Assembly: GCA_013821905.1 (NCBI GenBank)
Contig: PNJO01000001.1
Coordinates: 5,989 to 69,988 of the forward strand
Source of the DNA: Sphingopyxis sp.
Lineage (GTDB): Bacteria; Pseudomonadota; Alphaproteobacteria; Sphingomonadales; Sphingomonadaceae
DNA: 64,000 nucleotides
Direction: 5' to 3'
Part shown: positions 42,043-52,513 of the stretch, one piece after another
Layout: every line of letters begins with the position of its first letter
Position numbering within the stretch: position 1 is the stretch's first letter
Notes under the pieces: generated by a model
Database searches by the model: none
Told to the model about the DNA's origin: nothing
What the model saw: only the letters and a program-made list of their open reading frames with translations
Made by a program: the position numbers and the translations under genes

Positions 42043-43331
42043 TGACCATGGCATCCCAAGCAACGCCGATCTGGTCGAAGCCCTTCTATCGGGGCTGGTT
42101 CCTGTTCCTGCTCACCATGGCCTATGCGCTGAACTTTCTCGACCGGCAGCTCTTGTCGATCCTGCAGGAGCCGGTGAAGGCCGAACTCGAGCTCAGCGAT
42201 ACGCAGCTCGGGCTCATCGGCGGGCCGGTGTTCGCATTGCTCTACGTCGGGCTCGGCGTGCCGATCGCGCGCCTCTCCGACCGCACCAACCGGGTGCGGA
42301 TCATTTCGGGCGCGATCGGCCTCTGGAGCATCGCCACGGCGACATGCGGCCTCGCTGCCAACTTCTTCCAGCTCGCCGCCTCGCGGATGACCGTGGCGGT
42401 CGGCGAAGCGGCAGCGACCGCGCCGTCCTATGCGCTGCTCGCCGATCTCTACAAGAAGGAGCAGCGCGCGAGTGCGATCGGCATCTTTACGACCGGAACC
42501 TCGATCGGTTCGGCACTCGGCCTCGCGCTCGGCGGCTGGGTCGGCTTTACTTATGGATGGCGCAGCGCCTTTCTGATCATCGGCCTGCCGGGCGTGCTCC
42601 TCGCGCTCGTCATCTTTCTCACCTTGCGCGAACCGCCGCGCGGCTTCTCGGACGGGCGCAGCGCCGACGTGCCGCCCGCGAAATTCGCCGAGGTGGCAAA
42701 GCGGGCGCTCGCGACGCGGGCCTTTCCGGGGATCGCCTTTGCGATCGGCATCGCCAGCATTTCGGGCTTCGCGCTCGCGCACTGGATGCCGAGCTTCATG
42801 GTCCGCAGCTTCGGGGTCACCATCGCCGAGGCGGGGTGGCGCGTCGCGCTGGCTTCGGGCGGCGGCGGCCTTGTCGGCGGCCTCGTGGGCGGCTTCGTCT
42901 GCGACCGTCTCGCGAAACGCGACCGGCGCTGGTGGTGCTGGGCGCCGGCGATCGCCTTCTTCCTCAACATTCCGTTGATGCTGCTCCTGTTCCGCGCGAC
43001 GAGCGCGACCGAAGCCATGCTGTTGATGGCGGCGGTGCTCTTTCTCTATCATTTCTGGGGCGGGGCAGGGCATTCACTGATCCAGAGCCTTGTTGGCGTC
43101 CGCATGCGCGCCACCGCCGCCGCACTGTTCCTGATGTGCATCAGCCTGATCGGACAGGGGCTGGGTCCGCTCGTCGTCGGTTTCGCGAGCGACCGGCTTC
43201 ACGCGGGGGCGGGCGCCGAATCGCTGCGCTATGCGCTGATGGCGACGACGCCGGTCTGGCTCGTTGCGGGATTGCTCTGGATGTGGGCCGCGACGCGGCT
43301 GCGCGAGGAACTCGACAATACGCCCGAATGA
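42042..43331 (+). CDS. MFS transporter (paralogue of the preceding gene)
   Basis: The start overlaps the upstream stop (TAATG). LFLLTMAYALNFLDRQLLSILQEPVKAELELSDTQLGL parallels the preceding gene. The upstream part of ORF 41415..43331 is out-of-frame overlap junk. Confidence 0.85.
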   Translation: MTMASQATPIWSKPFYRGWFLFLLTMAYALNFLDRQLLSILQEPVKAELELSDTQLGLIGGPVFALLYVGLGVPIARLSDRTNRVRIISGAIGLWSIATATCGLAANFFQLAASRMTVAVGEAAATAPSYALLADLYKKEQRASAIGIFTTGTSIGSALGLALGGWVGFTYGWRSAFLIIGLPGVLLALVIFLTLREPPRGFSDGRSADVPPAKFAEVAKRALATRAFPGIAFAIGIASISGFALAHWMPSFMVRSFGVTIAEAGWRVALASGGGGLVGGLVGGFVCDRLAKRDRRWWCWAPAIAFFLNIPLMLLLFRATSATEAMLLMAAVLFLYHFWGGAGHSLIQSLVGVRMRATAAALFLMCISLIGQGLGPLVVGFASDRLHAGAGAESLRYALMATTPVWLVAGLLWMWAATRLREELDNTPE

Positions 43332-43356
43332 ACGTGGGCGCCCGCCGGGACTTCGT

Positions 43357-44487
43357 CTAGGGAATGGCGCCGCTCGCCTTGAGCGCGGCGAGGCGCGCCG
43401 CGTCATAGCCAAGGCTTGCGAACAACGTATCGCCGTCGGCGCCCACGGCGGGGGCCGGCTGCGGCACCGGATTGACGGTCGCCGAATAGCGCGGCGCGGG
43501 GGCAGGGTGCGGAACGCCCGCGACGCTCACGAAGGTGTCGCGCGCGACATTGTGAGGATGGAGCGGCGCTTCGCCGAGCGACAGCACGGGAGCGAAGCAG
43601 ACGTCGGTCGCCTCCATCAGCGCGCACCATTCGTCACGCGTCTTGCCCGAGAACAGCGCGGCGACCTTTTCCTTGAGGGCAGGCCATTGCGCCTCGTCGA
43701 GTTGGGCATCGAAGGCGGGATCGGCATCGAGGCCGGTCTTTTCGCGGAGCAGCGCATAGAATTGCGGTTCGATCGACCCGATCGAGATGAATTTGCCGTC
43801 GGAGCAGGTGTAGGTGTCGTAGAAATGCGCGCCGCCGTCGAGGCGGTTCACACCGGCCTCGTCGCGGATCATGCCGGCGCCGTGGAACCACCAGCTCATG
43901 CCGGCCAGCAGCGCCGAGCCGTCGGTCATCGCGCAGTCGATGACCTGGCCTTCGCCGGTCTTCGCCGCGTGAAGCAGCGCGCTCGCCATGCCGAAGGCGA
44001 GCATCATGCCGCCGCCGCCGAAGTCGCCGACATAATTGACCGGCGGCACGGGCTTTTCGCCGGCGCGGCCGATGCCGTGGAGCACGCCCGAGAGCGAGAT
44101 GTAATTGATGTCGTGCCCCGCCGCCTGCGCATAGGGGCCGAATTGCCCCCAACCGGTCATGCGGCCGTAAACGAGCTTCGGATTATCGGCGAGCAGCACC
44201 TCGGGGCCGAGCCCGAGCCGTTCCATGACGCCCGGACGATAGCCTTCGATGATCCCGTCGGCGCCGCGGCAAAGGTCGCGCGCAGCGTCGATCGCGCCAT
44301 CCTTCTTCATGTCGAGCACGACCGACTTGCGATTGCGGCAGAGCGGGTCGCGCGGGTCCATGATGCCGCCGGGGCGATCGATACGGATCACCTCGGCGCC
44401 ATGGTCGGCGAGCATCATGCCGCAGAAGGGGCCGGGACCGATGCCGGCAAATTCGATGATCCGGATTCCCGTCAGCGGTCCCGCCAT
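43357..44487 (-). CDS. alpha-methylacyl-CoA racemase-like CoA-transferase family III protein
   Basis: [83 protein letters not shown] and IEPQFY track the AMACR/Mcr sequence as I remember it along the whole length. Confidence 0.85.
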   Translation of the reverse strand: MAGPLTGIRIIEFAGIGPGPFCGMMLADHGAEVIRIDRPGGIMDPRDPLCRNRKSVVLDMKKDGAIDAARDLCRGADGIIEGYRPGVMERLGLGPEVLLADNPKLVYGRMTGWGQFGPYAQAAGHDINYISLSGVLHGIGRAGEKPVPPVNYVGDFGGGGMMLAFGMASALLHAAKTGEGQVIDCAMTDGSALLAGMSWWFHGAGMIRDEAGVNRLDGGAHFYDTYTCSDGKFISIGSIEPQFYALLREKTGLDADPAFDAQLDEAQWPALKEKVAALFSGKTRDEWCALMEATDVCFAPVLSLGEAPLHPHNVARDTFVSVAGVPHPAPAPRYSATVNPVPQPAPAVGADGDTLFASLGYDAARLAALKASGAIP

Positions 44488-44519
44488 GTGATTTTCCCCT
44501 GTTCTTTCCGCGGCGCGCT

Positions 44520-45773
44520 TCAGCCGAGGCGTTCGATGACGATCGCGGGGGCCATGCCGCCCGCCGCGCACATGGTGACGAGACCATAACGGCCGCCCGA
44601 GCGTTCGAGTTCGTCGAGCGCGGTGCCGATGAGGATCGATCCGGTGGCGCCGATCGGATGGCCGAGCGCCATCGCGCCGCCGTTGATGTTCACCTTCTCG
44701 CGGTCGAGATCGAGATCGCGGATGAACTTTTCGGCGACGACGGCAAAGGCCTCGTTGATTTCCCAGACGTCGATATCGTCCTTGGTCAGCCCGGCCTTGG
44801 CGAGCACCTTCTTCGCAGCCGGGACGGGGGCGTTGAGCATCAGCGTCGGATCGTCGCCGACATTGGCATAGGCGACGACGCGCGCACGCGGCTTGAGGCC
44901 GTTCTTCTCGGCATAATCCTTCGAGGTGATCAGCAGCGCGGCGGCGCCGTCGACGACGCCCGAGCTGTTACCGGCATGGTGGACGCCCTCGAAGTCGAGA
45001 TCGGGATAGCGGCGCTGGATCTGCTTCTTGAAGGTGACGCCGCCGCCAAGATCGAAGTCGGCAAGCGCGCCGAAGCTGGGCTTGAGCGAGGCGAGACCTT
45101 CCGCCGTGGTTTCGGGACGCGGAAATTCCTCATGGTCGAGCGCGACGCTGCCGTCGGGGTTGTGGACGGGGACGACAGATTTCGCGAAACGGCCTTCCCT
45201 GATCGCCTTGTCGGCGCGCTGCTGGCTGACGAGCGCGAGCGCGTCGACCGCCGCGCGGTCGATTCCCTCGATCGCGGCGATCGCGTCGCCGCAGACGCCC
45301 TGGTGCGATTGCGGATGTATCTCGTCGAGCGCCGCGTTGCCCGCACCCATGCCGAGCGGCTTGAGGCCGGCATTGGCTTCTTCGGCGGCGAGCGTCGCCG
45401 TGTAGCTCATCATTTCGGTTCCGCCAGCGATGACGCAATCTTCCATGCCCGACATCACCGTTGCCGCGGCGAAGTTGACCGAGCTGATGCCGCCGCCGCA
45501 GAAGCGGTCGAGCGTGGTGCCCGAAGCCTTGACGTCATAGCCCGCCGAAAGCGCGGCCATGCGGCCGAGGTCGGTGCCTTGCTTGCCCTTCTGCGTCGAC
45601 GTCGACCAGATGATGTCGTCGACTTCGGCGGTGTTGAGATTGTTACGGTCCTTGATCGCCTTCAGCACCGTCGCGGCGAGATGCTGCGGGTGGAGATGCG
45701 AGAGCGCGCCCTTGCCGGGCTTGCCGATCCCGCGCGGGGTACGGACGGCGTCGATGATATAGGCTTCGGTCAT
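44520..45773 (-). CDS. acetyl-CoA C-acyltransferase (thiolase)
   Basis: [18 protein letters not shown] at the N-terminus, [17 protein letters not shown], and [15 protein letters not shown] at the C-terminus. Confidence 0.9.
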   Translation of the reverse strand: MTEAYIIDAVRTPRGIGKPGKGALSHLHPQHLAATVLKAIKDRNNLNTAEVDDIIWSTSTQKGKQGTDLGRMAALSAGYDVKASGTTLDRFCGGGISSVNFAAATVMSGMEDCVIAGGTEMMSYTATLAAEEANAGLKPLGMGAGNAALDEIHPQSHQGVCGDAIAAIEGIDRAAVDALALVSQQRADKAIREGRFAKSVVPVHNPDGSVALDHEEFPRPETTAEGLASLKPSFGALADFDLGGGVTFKKQIQRRYPDLDFEGVHHAGNSSGVVDGAAALLITSKDYAEKNGLKPRARVVAYANVGDDPTLMLNAPVPAAKKVLAKAGLTKDDIDVWEINEAFAVVAEKFIRDLDLDREKVNINGGAMALGHPIGATGSILIGTALDELERSGGRYGLVTMCAAGGMAPAIVIERLG

Positions 45774-45791
45774 GGTCGGATTTCCTTGTGG

Positions 45792-46997
45792 TCAGGCGGG
45801 AATCTGGTTGAAGGGCACGCCCTTGTCGGGGCGGTGATCCTGCGGCAGGCCGAGAATCTTTTCGGCGATGGTGTTGAGCAGCATCTCGTCGGCGCCGCCG
45901 GCGATGCGGCCGGTCGGGGCGTTGATCCAGCTGTTGGTCCAATTATCCTTGACGAAACCATGCGCGTCATAGGCAAAGCCGCTGCTGCCCTGGAGGTCGA
46001 TCGCGAGCTCCGACAGCTTCTGGCGCGAGCGAACCGAGACGAGCTTGTTGAGCGAGCCTTCGGGCCCCGGGGTCATTCCCGCCTGCATCATCAGCATCGC
46101 GCGCGCGGTGATCGCATCGAGGCCCGATCGCATCGCGTAGTTGCGCGCGATCTGCTGGCGGATGCGGCTATCCTCGATCGCCGGCTTGCCGCCGAAGTCG
46201 GTCGCTTTCGCAAGGTCGATGAAGAGGTCGAGGTGCGGACCGAAGCCGCCGCTGTCGGTCGCGACATAGCGCTCGATCATCAGCGTTGCCATCGCGACGG
46301 CAAAGCCGCCGCCGACGGGCGACATGCGGTGATCGTCACCGATCTTCACATCGTCGAAGAAGACTTCGTTCACATGGCTGTCGCCGCCTGCGAGCTTGAT
46401 CGGGCGTACCGTGACGCCGGGGGCCTTCATGTCGACCCAGAAGTAAGTGAGTCCCTTGTGTTTCGGCACATTGGGGTCGGTCCGGGCGACGATGACGCCA
46501 TAGTCGCTATATTGCGCCCAGCTCGTCCAGACCTTCTGGCCGTTGAGCTTCCAGCCATTGCCATCGGTCTCGGCACGCGTGCGCAGCCCCGCGAGATCGG
46601 ATCCGCCGGCGGGCTCGGAAAAGAGCTGGCACCAGATTTCCTCGCCCTGCAACGCCTTCAATACGCGTTCGCGGACGAAATCCTTGTCTTCGCCGAACTG
46701 CATCAGGATCGGGACGGGCATGCCGAGCGAAATGCCGAAATAGGCGTTGGGGAAGCCGTGCTTCATCTCCTCGGCCTCGAAGGTCACCTTCTCGAGGTGC
46801 GTGAGACCCTGGCCGCCATATTCGGTCGGCCAGTTGATCCCGGCATAGCCGGCGTCGAATTTCGCCTTCTGATAGCGGCGTCCGAGCGCGAGGTCGTCGG
46901 CTTCGGAGAGCCCCTTGCGCGCACACTTTCCGAAGGTCGGCCTGACGCTCTCCAGCCAGGCAGCCGCCTTGGAGCGGTAGGCGTCGAGATTGCTCAT
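45792..46997 (-). CDS. acyl-CoA dehydrogenase (larger member of an adjacent pair)
   Basis: 401 aa. WCQLFSEPAGGSDLAGLRTRAE..GWKLNGQKVWTSWA is the ACAD middle-domain signature. The start overlaps the stop of the upstream ACAD gene (ATGA). Confidence 0.9.
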   Translation of the reverse strand: MSNLDAYRSKAAAWLESVRPTFGKCARKGLSEADDLALGRRYQKAKFDAGYAGINWPTEYGGQGLTHLEKVTFEAEEMKHGFPNAYFGISLGMPVPILMQFGEDKDFVRERVLKALQGEEIWCQLFSEPAGGSDLAGLRTRAETDGNGWKLNGQKVWTSWAQYSDYGVIVARTDPNVPKHKGLTYFWVDMKAPGVTVRPIKLAGGDSHVNEVFFDDVKIGDDHRMSPVGGGFAVAMATLMIERYVATDSGGFGPHLDLFIDLAKATDFGGKPAIEDSRIRQQIARNYAMRSGLDAITARAMLMMQAGMTPGPEGSLNKLVSVRSRQKLSELAIDLQGSSGFAYDAHGFVKDNWTNSWINAPTGRIAGGADEMLLNTIAEKILGLPQDHRPDKGVPFNQIPA

Positions 46998-48088
46998 GCG
47001 GCTTCTCCTGTCAGGCGGTCGACCAATATATCCTCCCAGAACAGGCTGTTGCCCTGTTCGAGCGCAAGGCTGCGCGCGCGGCGCATATGAAGATGGAGGC
47101 CGGCCTCCCAGGTGACGCCGATGCCGCCATGGACCTGCACGCAGTCGCGCGCGGCGGTGTCATAGGCTTCGGTCGCCGACAGGCGCGCGGCGGCGGCGGC
47201 GAGGATGAATTCGGGCGTTTCCGCGCGCGCGGCGGCATGGATGCAGTTGGCGCGCGCGAGTTCGACGAGACCATAAAGTTCGGCGATGCGGTGCTTCACC
47301 GACTGGAAGCCGCCGATGAGCTGGCCGAAGGCGCGGCGGGTGAGGGCATAGTCGCGCGCGACTTCCATCAGCGCCTCGGCGCCGCCGGTCTGTTCATGCG
47401 CGGTGACGACCGCCTGCAGCGCGAGGATGTGGAGCGCCGCGTCGCGCGCCGCCGAGCCGGTGACCAGCGCTTCGGCGGGGGTGCCGGTAAAGCCGAGATC
47501 GGCGAACAGGCGGCTGTTGTCGAAGCTCGCGATCGCGGTGCGTGCCACCCCGGCGAGTTCGGCGATCGCCAGCACCGGCATGCCGGGGCCGTTCGCGAAG
47601 ACGATCGCGATGTCGGCGGCGAGCCCGCCTGCTACGCCCGTTGCCGTGCCGTCGATCCGGTCGTCGGTAAAGGTCAGCTTGGGGGCGGCGGGCAGGGCGT
47701 TGGCGCCCTCGGCAAAGGCGACTGCCCCGATGATCTCGCCGCTCGCCAGCCCGGGAAGCCAGCGCGTTTTCTGTGCATCGGATCCATATCGTTCGATGGC
47801 CTTCGCGGCGCCGAAGCTCGAGGTCAGAAAGGGCGCGCCGCTCAGCGTGCGTCCGGCCTGGTGCGCGATGAGGCCAAGTTCGGCGAGGCCGAGGTCGAGC
47901 CCCCCATAGGCTTCGGGGAGGGCAAGCGCCGTCCAGCCTTGCTCCTTAGCCGTCTCCCAGAAGGCCGTGTGATATTCGCCGCTCGCTTCGAGCAGGGGGA
48001 GCAGCTCGTCCTTGCTCACCCGGGCCTCGAGCACGCGGCGCGATTCGGTCGCGATCGCCTGCTGCCCCTCGTCGTACAAAATCGACAT
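46994..48088 (-). CDS. acyl-CoA dehydrogenase-family protein (smaller member of the pair)
   Basis: 364 aa. ACAD-like N- and C-terminal helices (FGQLIGGFQSVKHRIAEL, VQVHGGIGVTWE). Translationally coupled to 45792..46997. Confidence 0.85.
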   Translation of the reverse strand: MSILYDEGQQAIATESRRVLEARVSKDELLPLLEASGEYHTAFWETAKEQGWTALALPEAYGGLDLGLAELGLIAHQAGRTLSGAPFLTSSFGAAKAIERYGSDAQKTRWLPGLASGEIIGAVAFAEGANALPAAPKLTFTDDRIDGTATGVAGGLAADIAIVFANGPGMPVLAIAELAGVARTAIASFDNSRLFADLGFTGTPAEALVTGSAARDAALHILALQAVVTAHEQTGGAEALMEVARDYALTRRAFGQLIGGFQSVKHRIAELYGLVELARANCIHAAARAETPEFILAAAAARLSATEAYDTAARDCVQVHGGIGVTWEAGLHLHMRRARSLALEQGNSLFWEDILVDRLTGEAA

Positions 48089-48103
48089 AGCGGTCCTGTT
48101 CCT

Positions 48104-48904
48104 TCAGCGGATCGTATATTTCTTGGCCTTGTCGGCCATCAGCGCGGCGCGGTTCACCTGCGGCACGCCGACCGGATTGCCGATCTGGCAATATTTGAGC
48201 CCCTGCTGCAGCGCGACGCTGCGCGGCAGGTCGAGCGATTCCCAGATCGCCTTGACCGATCCTGCGGTCGCCGCGGGCGGCTTGGCGGCGATCGCGGTCG
48301 CCAGTTCGTGCGCGCGCGGCCAGAGATCCTCGAGCGTCGTGATTTCGCTGACGAGGCCGATGCGCAGCGCGGTGCCGGCACCTATCCTTTCGTCATTGCC
48401 GAGCAGCACCATGCGCAGCACGTCGTGGAGCGGCATGTGATAGGTCATACCGATCGGCTCGAGCGCGCTCGTCATCCCGTAGGTGACATGCGGGTCGAAG
48501 AAGGTCGCGTCTTCGGAGCAGATGATGATGTCGCTCTCGTTGAGCCAGTAGAAGGCGCCGCCGGCGGCCATGCCGTGGACCGCGGCGATGACCGGCTTCC
48601 AGCATTTCATCGACTTCGGGCCGAGATAGTTGCCGGGATCCTCGGCGTGCCAGATATTGTCGAGATCGACGACCGTTCCGCCGGGTTTCTGCGATTCCTT
48701 GACGTCGACGCCGGTGCACCACGCTTTTCCGGGGGCCGCGCGCAAGACGCAGCAATGAATATCGTCGTTGGCGCCGATCCACTTCCACAGATGTTCGAAT
48801 TCGTCCATCATCCGCCTGGTGAAGCTGTTCATCGCGTCGGGACGATTGATCGTGATCGTCGCGACATGGTCGGCGACCTCGAGCAGGATGGTTTCATATT
48901 GCAT
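48104..48904 (-). CDS. enoyl-CoA hydratase/isomerase (crotonase) family protein
   Basis: LLEVADHVATITINRPDAMNSF and AAVHGMAAGGAF are crotonase motifs. Confidence 0.9.
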   Translation of the reverse strand: MQYETILLEVADHVATITINRPDAMNSFTRRMMDEFEHLWKWIGANDDIHCCVLRAAPGKAWCTGVDVKESQKPGGTVVDLDNIWHAEDPGNYLGPKSMKCWKPVIAAVHGMAAGGAFYWLNESDIIICSEDATFFDPHVTYGMTSALEPIGMTYHMPLHDVLRMVLLGNDERIGAGTALRIGLVSEITTLEDLWPRAHELATAIAAKPPAATAGSVKAIWESLDLPRSVALQQGLKYCQIGNPVGVPQVNRAALMADKAKKYTIR

Positions 48905-48943
48905 GGCCAGCGAATCCTCTCCCGGCGTTTGTCATGGTTGACC

Positions 48944-48955
48944 TAGTTATACAAC
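48944..48955. promoter_or_regulatory. operator-like site AGTTATACAACT within TTGACCTAGTTATACAACTCGCTATGAC
   Basis: Lies in the divergent intergenic region between the crotonase (48904, -) and the ACAD (48996, +). A TTGACC -35-like hexamer abuts the site and a TATGAC -10-like hexamer follows it. Confidence 0.55.
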
Positions 48956-48995
48956 TCGCTATGACACAGAGGGCAACAACGAGGCAAGTCCCGCA

Positions 48996-50087
48996 ATGAA
49001 TTTCGACCTTAGCGATGAACAGAAAATGCTTGGCGAGCAAGCCCGGGCGCTGCTTTCCGACCTTTCGCCGTTCGACCGGCTTCGCCACCTGATCGATTCG
49101 GGCGCCGATTGGGACGAGGAACTGTGGCGCTCGCTCGCCGAGATGGGCTTCCTCGGGGCGGCGATCCCCGAGGAACATGGCGGACTTGGCCTCGGCGCGC
49201 TCGACCTCGGCGTGATCATGGAGGCGCTGGGCGCCGCCAATGCCGCGGTGCCCTTCATGAGCTCGATCGTCCTCGCCGCCGAGGCCATCGCACTCGCGGG
49301 CAGCGAGGCGCAAAAGGCGGCGTGGCTCCCCAAGCTCGCTTCGGGCGAAGCGGTGGCGACCTTTGCCTATGCCGAGGGGCCGGGCCCGGTGTTTGCGGCT
49401 GGCGTGCAGCTTCGCGACGGAAGATTGACCGGCAGCAAGTCTCCGGTCGCCGATGCAGGCATCGCCGACATTGCGGTCGTACTGGTTGCGGGCGGCGGCT
49501 TCGCGCTGGTCGAACTCGATCAGCCCGGCGTGCTGCGCACGAAGCTCGAGAGCTTCGATCAGTTGCGCCCGCATTATCGCCTCGATTTCATTGATGCGGC
49601 CGCCGAGGTCATGCCCGGTACCGGTAAACTCGACCGGCTGATCGATCAGGCGGCGGTGCAGGCGGCGTTCGAAGCGGCGGGCGCCGCCGAAGCCTGCCTG
49701 ACGATGGCGCGCGACTATGCGATGGAACGGCAGATGTTCGGCCGCTCGCTCGCCGGTTATCAGGCGATCAAACACAAGCTTGCCGACGTCGCGGTCGCGA
49801 CCGAGCTGGCAAGATCGAACGCATATTATGGCGGCTGGGCCGCCGAATCCTCGCCCGACGACTTGCCCGCCGCCGCCGCGGCGGCGCGCCTTTCGGGCAT
49901 CAAATGCTTCGAGATGGCGGCGCGCGAAAATCTGCAGGTGCATGGCGGCATCGGCTACACGTTCGAGGCGAACTGCCATTTCTATTATCGGCGCGAGCGC
50001 ATGTTGGCGGTGCATCTCGGAAACCGCGGTTTCTGGGCCGACCGCCTGCTGAACGCGCAGCCCGGCAGCCAGGCAAAGGCGGTATAA
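48996..50087 (+). CDS. acyl-CoA dehydrogenase-family protein (smaller member of a pair)
   Basis: 363 aa. MNFDLSDEQKMLGEQARALL, FGRSLAGYQAIKHKLAD and LQVHGGIGYTFE. Confidence 0.85.
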   Translation: MNFDLSDEQKMLGEQARALLSDLSPFDRLRHLIDSGADWDEELWRSLAEMGFLGAAIPEEHGGLGLGALDLGVIMEALGAANAAVPFMSSIVLAAEAIALAGSEAQKAAWLPKLASGEAVATFAYAEGPGPVFAAGVQLRDGRLTGSKSPVADAGIADIAVVLVAGGGFALVELDQPGVLRTKLESFDQLRPHYRLDFIDAAAEVMPGTGKLDRLIDQAAVQAAFEAAGAAEACLTMARDYAMERQMFGRSLAGYQAIKHKLADVAVATELARSNAYYGGWAAESSPDDLPAAAAAARLSGIKCFEMAARENLQVHGGIGYTFEANCHFYYRRERMLAVHLGNRGFWADRLLNAQPGSQAKAV

Positions 50088-50088
50088 G

Positions 50089-51312
50089 ATGGATTTCAAC
50101 GACAGCCCCGAAGAAGCCGGCTTTCGCGCCAAGGCGCGCGACTGGCTCGCAGCGCACGCCCCCGCGCATGTGCTCAAGCCGGGCGAGAAGATGCCCGATA
50201 CCGAAGAGGCCGATCGCGGCCGCGCGTGGATGCGCGAATTGTTCGCGGGCGGCTGGTCGGGCCTGACTTTTCCGAAAGCCCTCGGCGGCGGCGGCCTTTC
50301 GGGGGCCGAGGCAGTGATCTTCTCCGAAGAAGAGGGCAAATATCACCTCCCCAAGGGGCCTTTCACGTCGATCGGGACTGGCATGGCGCTGCCGGTTATT
50401 GCGAAGCATGGCAATGACGAACAGCGCGCGCGCTTCATCGAACCGACGCTGAAGGGCGACATCACCTGGTGTCAGCTGTTCTCCGAACCGGCGGCGGGGT
50501 CCGATCTCGCGGCGCTGCGTACCAAGGCGGTGCGTGCCGATGACGGCTCGGGCGACTGGATCGTCAACGGCCAGAAGGTCTGGTCGAGCTGGGCGCATCT
50601 GACCGACTGGGGCATTCTCGTCGTGCGCACCGACCCGACCCTGCCCAAACACAAGGGGCTGACCTTTTTCGTCGTCGACATGAAGACGCCGGGGATCGAG
50701 ACGCGCCCGATCCGCCAGATTTCGGGAGCATGCGAGTTCAACGAAACATTCCTCACCGATGTCCGGATTCCCGATGCAAACCGGCTCGGCGCCGAGGGCG
50801 AGGGCTGGGCCTGTTGCATGACGGTGCTCATGGGCGAACGCCTCGGGTCTGGCGCGCATCGCAGCGGGGTCGAACCGCTCATCGATTATGCCGCGGCGAC
50901 CCCCGATGGCCGTGGCGGTACGATGCTCGACGACCGCGCGATCCGCCAGCAGCTCGCCGAGGCACTCGCCGAAGAGCAGGGCGAACGGTTCTTCCAGGCG
51001 CGCCTCAGGACGATGGTCTCGAAGGGCGAGAATCCCGGCGCGCTCGCGGGCATGGTCAAGCTCGCCTATGCGTCGCGCTACCAGAAGACCAATGGCCTCG
51101 CGCTCGAATTGCGCGGCCTCGCGGGCATCGCACCCGAGGCTGGCGATACCGCAACCGGCGACGTCCAGTACGACTATATCTATTCGACCGTGATGCGTAT
51201 CGCGGGCGGGGCCGACGAGGTGCTGCGCAACCAGATTGCCGAACGTGTGCTTGGCATGCCCGGCGAGGTGCGGATGGACAAGGATGTGCCGTTCGATAGC
51301 CTGAAGGGCTGA
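50089..51312 (+). CDS. acyl-CoA dehydrogenase (larger member of the pair)
   Basis: 407 aa. WCQLFSEPAAGSDLAALRTKAV...WIVNGQKVWSSWA. Starts 1 nt after the upstream stop. Confidence 0.9.
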   Translation: MDFNDSPEEAGFRAKARDWLAAHAPAHVLKPGEKMPDTEEADRGRAWMRELFAGGWSGLTFPKALGGGGLSGAEAVIFSEEEGKYHLPKGPFTSIGTGMALPVIAKHGNDEQRARFIEPTLKGDITWCQLFSEPAAGSDLAALRTKAVRADDGSGDWIVNGQKVWSSWAHLTDWGILVVRTDPTLPKHKGLTFFVVDMKTPGIETRPIRQISGACEFNETFLTDVRIPDANRLGAEGEGWACCMTVLMGERLGSGAHRSGVEPLIDYAAATPDGRGGTMLDDRAIRQQLAEALAEEQGERFFQARLRTMVSKGENPGALAGMVKLAYASRYQKTNGLALELRGLAGIAPEAGDTATGDVQYDYIYSTVMRIAGGADEVLRNQIAERVLGMPGEVRMDKDVPFDSLKG

Positions 51313-51315
51313 TCG

Positions 51316-52488
51316 TCAGGCGGCGAGCCCGGCCTTCCAGTCGCGGCGGATTTTCCTGGCGAGGCTCCATTTGTGGACCTCGGTCGGGCCGTCGTAGATG
51401 CGGAAGGCGCGAACCTCGCGGAACACCTGCTCGACGATCGTCTTGTCGGTCACGCCGGTACCGCCCATCACCTGGACGCAGCGGTCGGCGATGCGCATCA
51501 GCGCCTCGGACACCGCGACCTTCGCCATCGAGCTTTCGACCGTGCCGAGCGATCCGGTGTCGAGCACGCCCGCGCACCAGTCGATCATCAACTCGGCTTG
51601 CTTCAGGTCGATCATATTTTCGGCGAGCATGAAGCCGACGCCCTCATGGTCGATCAGCGGCTTGCCGAAGGCCTCACGGCGGTTGGCATAATCGGTTGCG
51701 ATCTCGTGCGCGCGGATGCACGCGCCGAGCCAGCGCATGCAATGCGACAGGCGGGCAGGGGACAGGCGCACCTGCGCGTACCGGAATCCTTCGCCCGCCT
51801 CGCCGAGCATCTGGTCGGCGGGGATGCGGAGGTTGTCGATCGTCAGCGTTGCGTGGCCGCCGGGCATCGAACTGTCGATCGTGTTCGGCACCTCGTCGAT
51901 GCGGATCGCGGGATCGGGCAGGTCGACGAGGAACATGCACGCGCCCTGTTCGGACTTTGCCATCACGATGCCGACGCGCGCGCCCTGCGCGCCGGTGATG
52001 AAGGTCTTGCGGCCATTGACCACCCAGTGATTGCCGTCGAGGTGGCACGTCGTCTTCATCATCGACGGGTCGGACCCGGCGCCGCCTTCTTCGGCAGGCT
52101 CGGTCATGAAAAAGGCCGAACGGACGCGGCCTTCGACCATCGGTTTCAGGAAGCGCTCCTTGAGTTCGGGGCTGCCTTCCTTGCCGAGCAGGTACATATT
52201 GCCCTCGTCGGGCGCCATCGTGTTGCACGCGAGCGGCCCGAGCGGCGACAGGCCGCTCTTGATCAGCACCACGGCGGTCTCGCCCTGATTGAGGTGGCTG
52301 CCGTCGGCCAGGATATGCGGGGTCAGCACGCCCGCGGCGCGGGCATGTTCGCGCATCTCCATCACCAGCTCGTCGGTCGGCGCGCCATGATGATCGCGGC
52401 GCGGGTCGCTCTCGTAGGGAATGATGCGTTCCCGGACGAACGCTTCGACCCTTGCGGCTATCGCGAGCGCGCGGTCAGTCTGTGTCAT
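51316..52488 (-). CDS. acyl-CoA dehydrogenase
   Basis: 390 aa. FFMTEPAEEGGAGSDPSMMKTT...HWVVNGRKTFITGA, and IYDGPTEVHKWSLARKI at the C-terminus. Confidence 0.9.
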   Translation of the reverse strand: MTQTDRALAIAARVEAFVRERIIPYESDPRRDHHGAPTDELVMEMREHARAAGVLTPHILADGSHLNQGETAVVLIKSGLSPLGPLACNTMAPDEGNMYLLGKEGSPELKERFLKPMVEGRVRSAFFMTEPAEEGGAGSDPSMMKTTCHLDGNHWVVNGRKTFITGAQGARVGIVMAKSEQGACMFLVDLPDPAIRIDEVPNTIDSSMPGGHATLTIDNLRIPADQMLGEAGEGFRYAQVRLSPARLSHCMRWLGACIRAHEIATDYANRREAFGKPLIDHEGVGFMLAENMIDLKQAELMIDWCAGVLDTGSLGTVESSMAKVAVSEALMRIADRCVQVMGGTGVTDKTIVEQVFREVRAFRIYDGPTEVHKWSLARKIRRDWKAGLAA

Positions 52489-52513
52489 GAAATGTCCTTG
52501 CCGTCGGCTGCGT

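Noticed and set aside
44658-48946. 810-aa and 619-aa + strand ORFs opposite the thiolase, ACAD and crotonase genes
   Set aside because: These are Arg/Gly/Asp-rich shadows with no motifs, while the - strand genes are all recognisable.
48894-50859. 481-aa and 319-aa - strand ORFs opposite the ACAD pair
   Set aside because: These are shadow ORFs for the same reasons.
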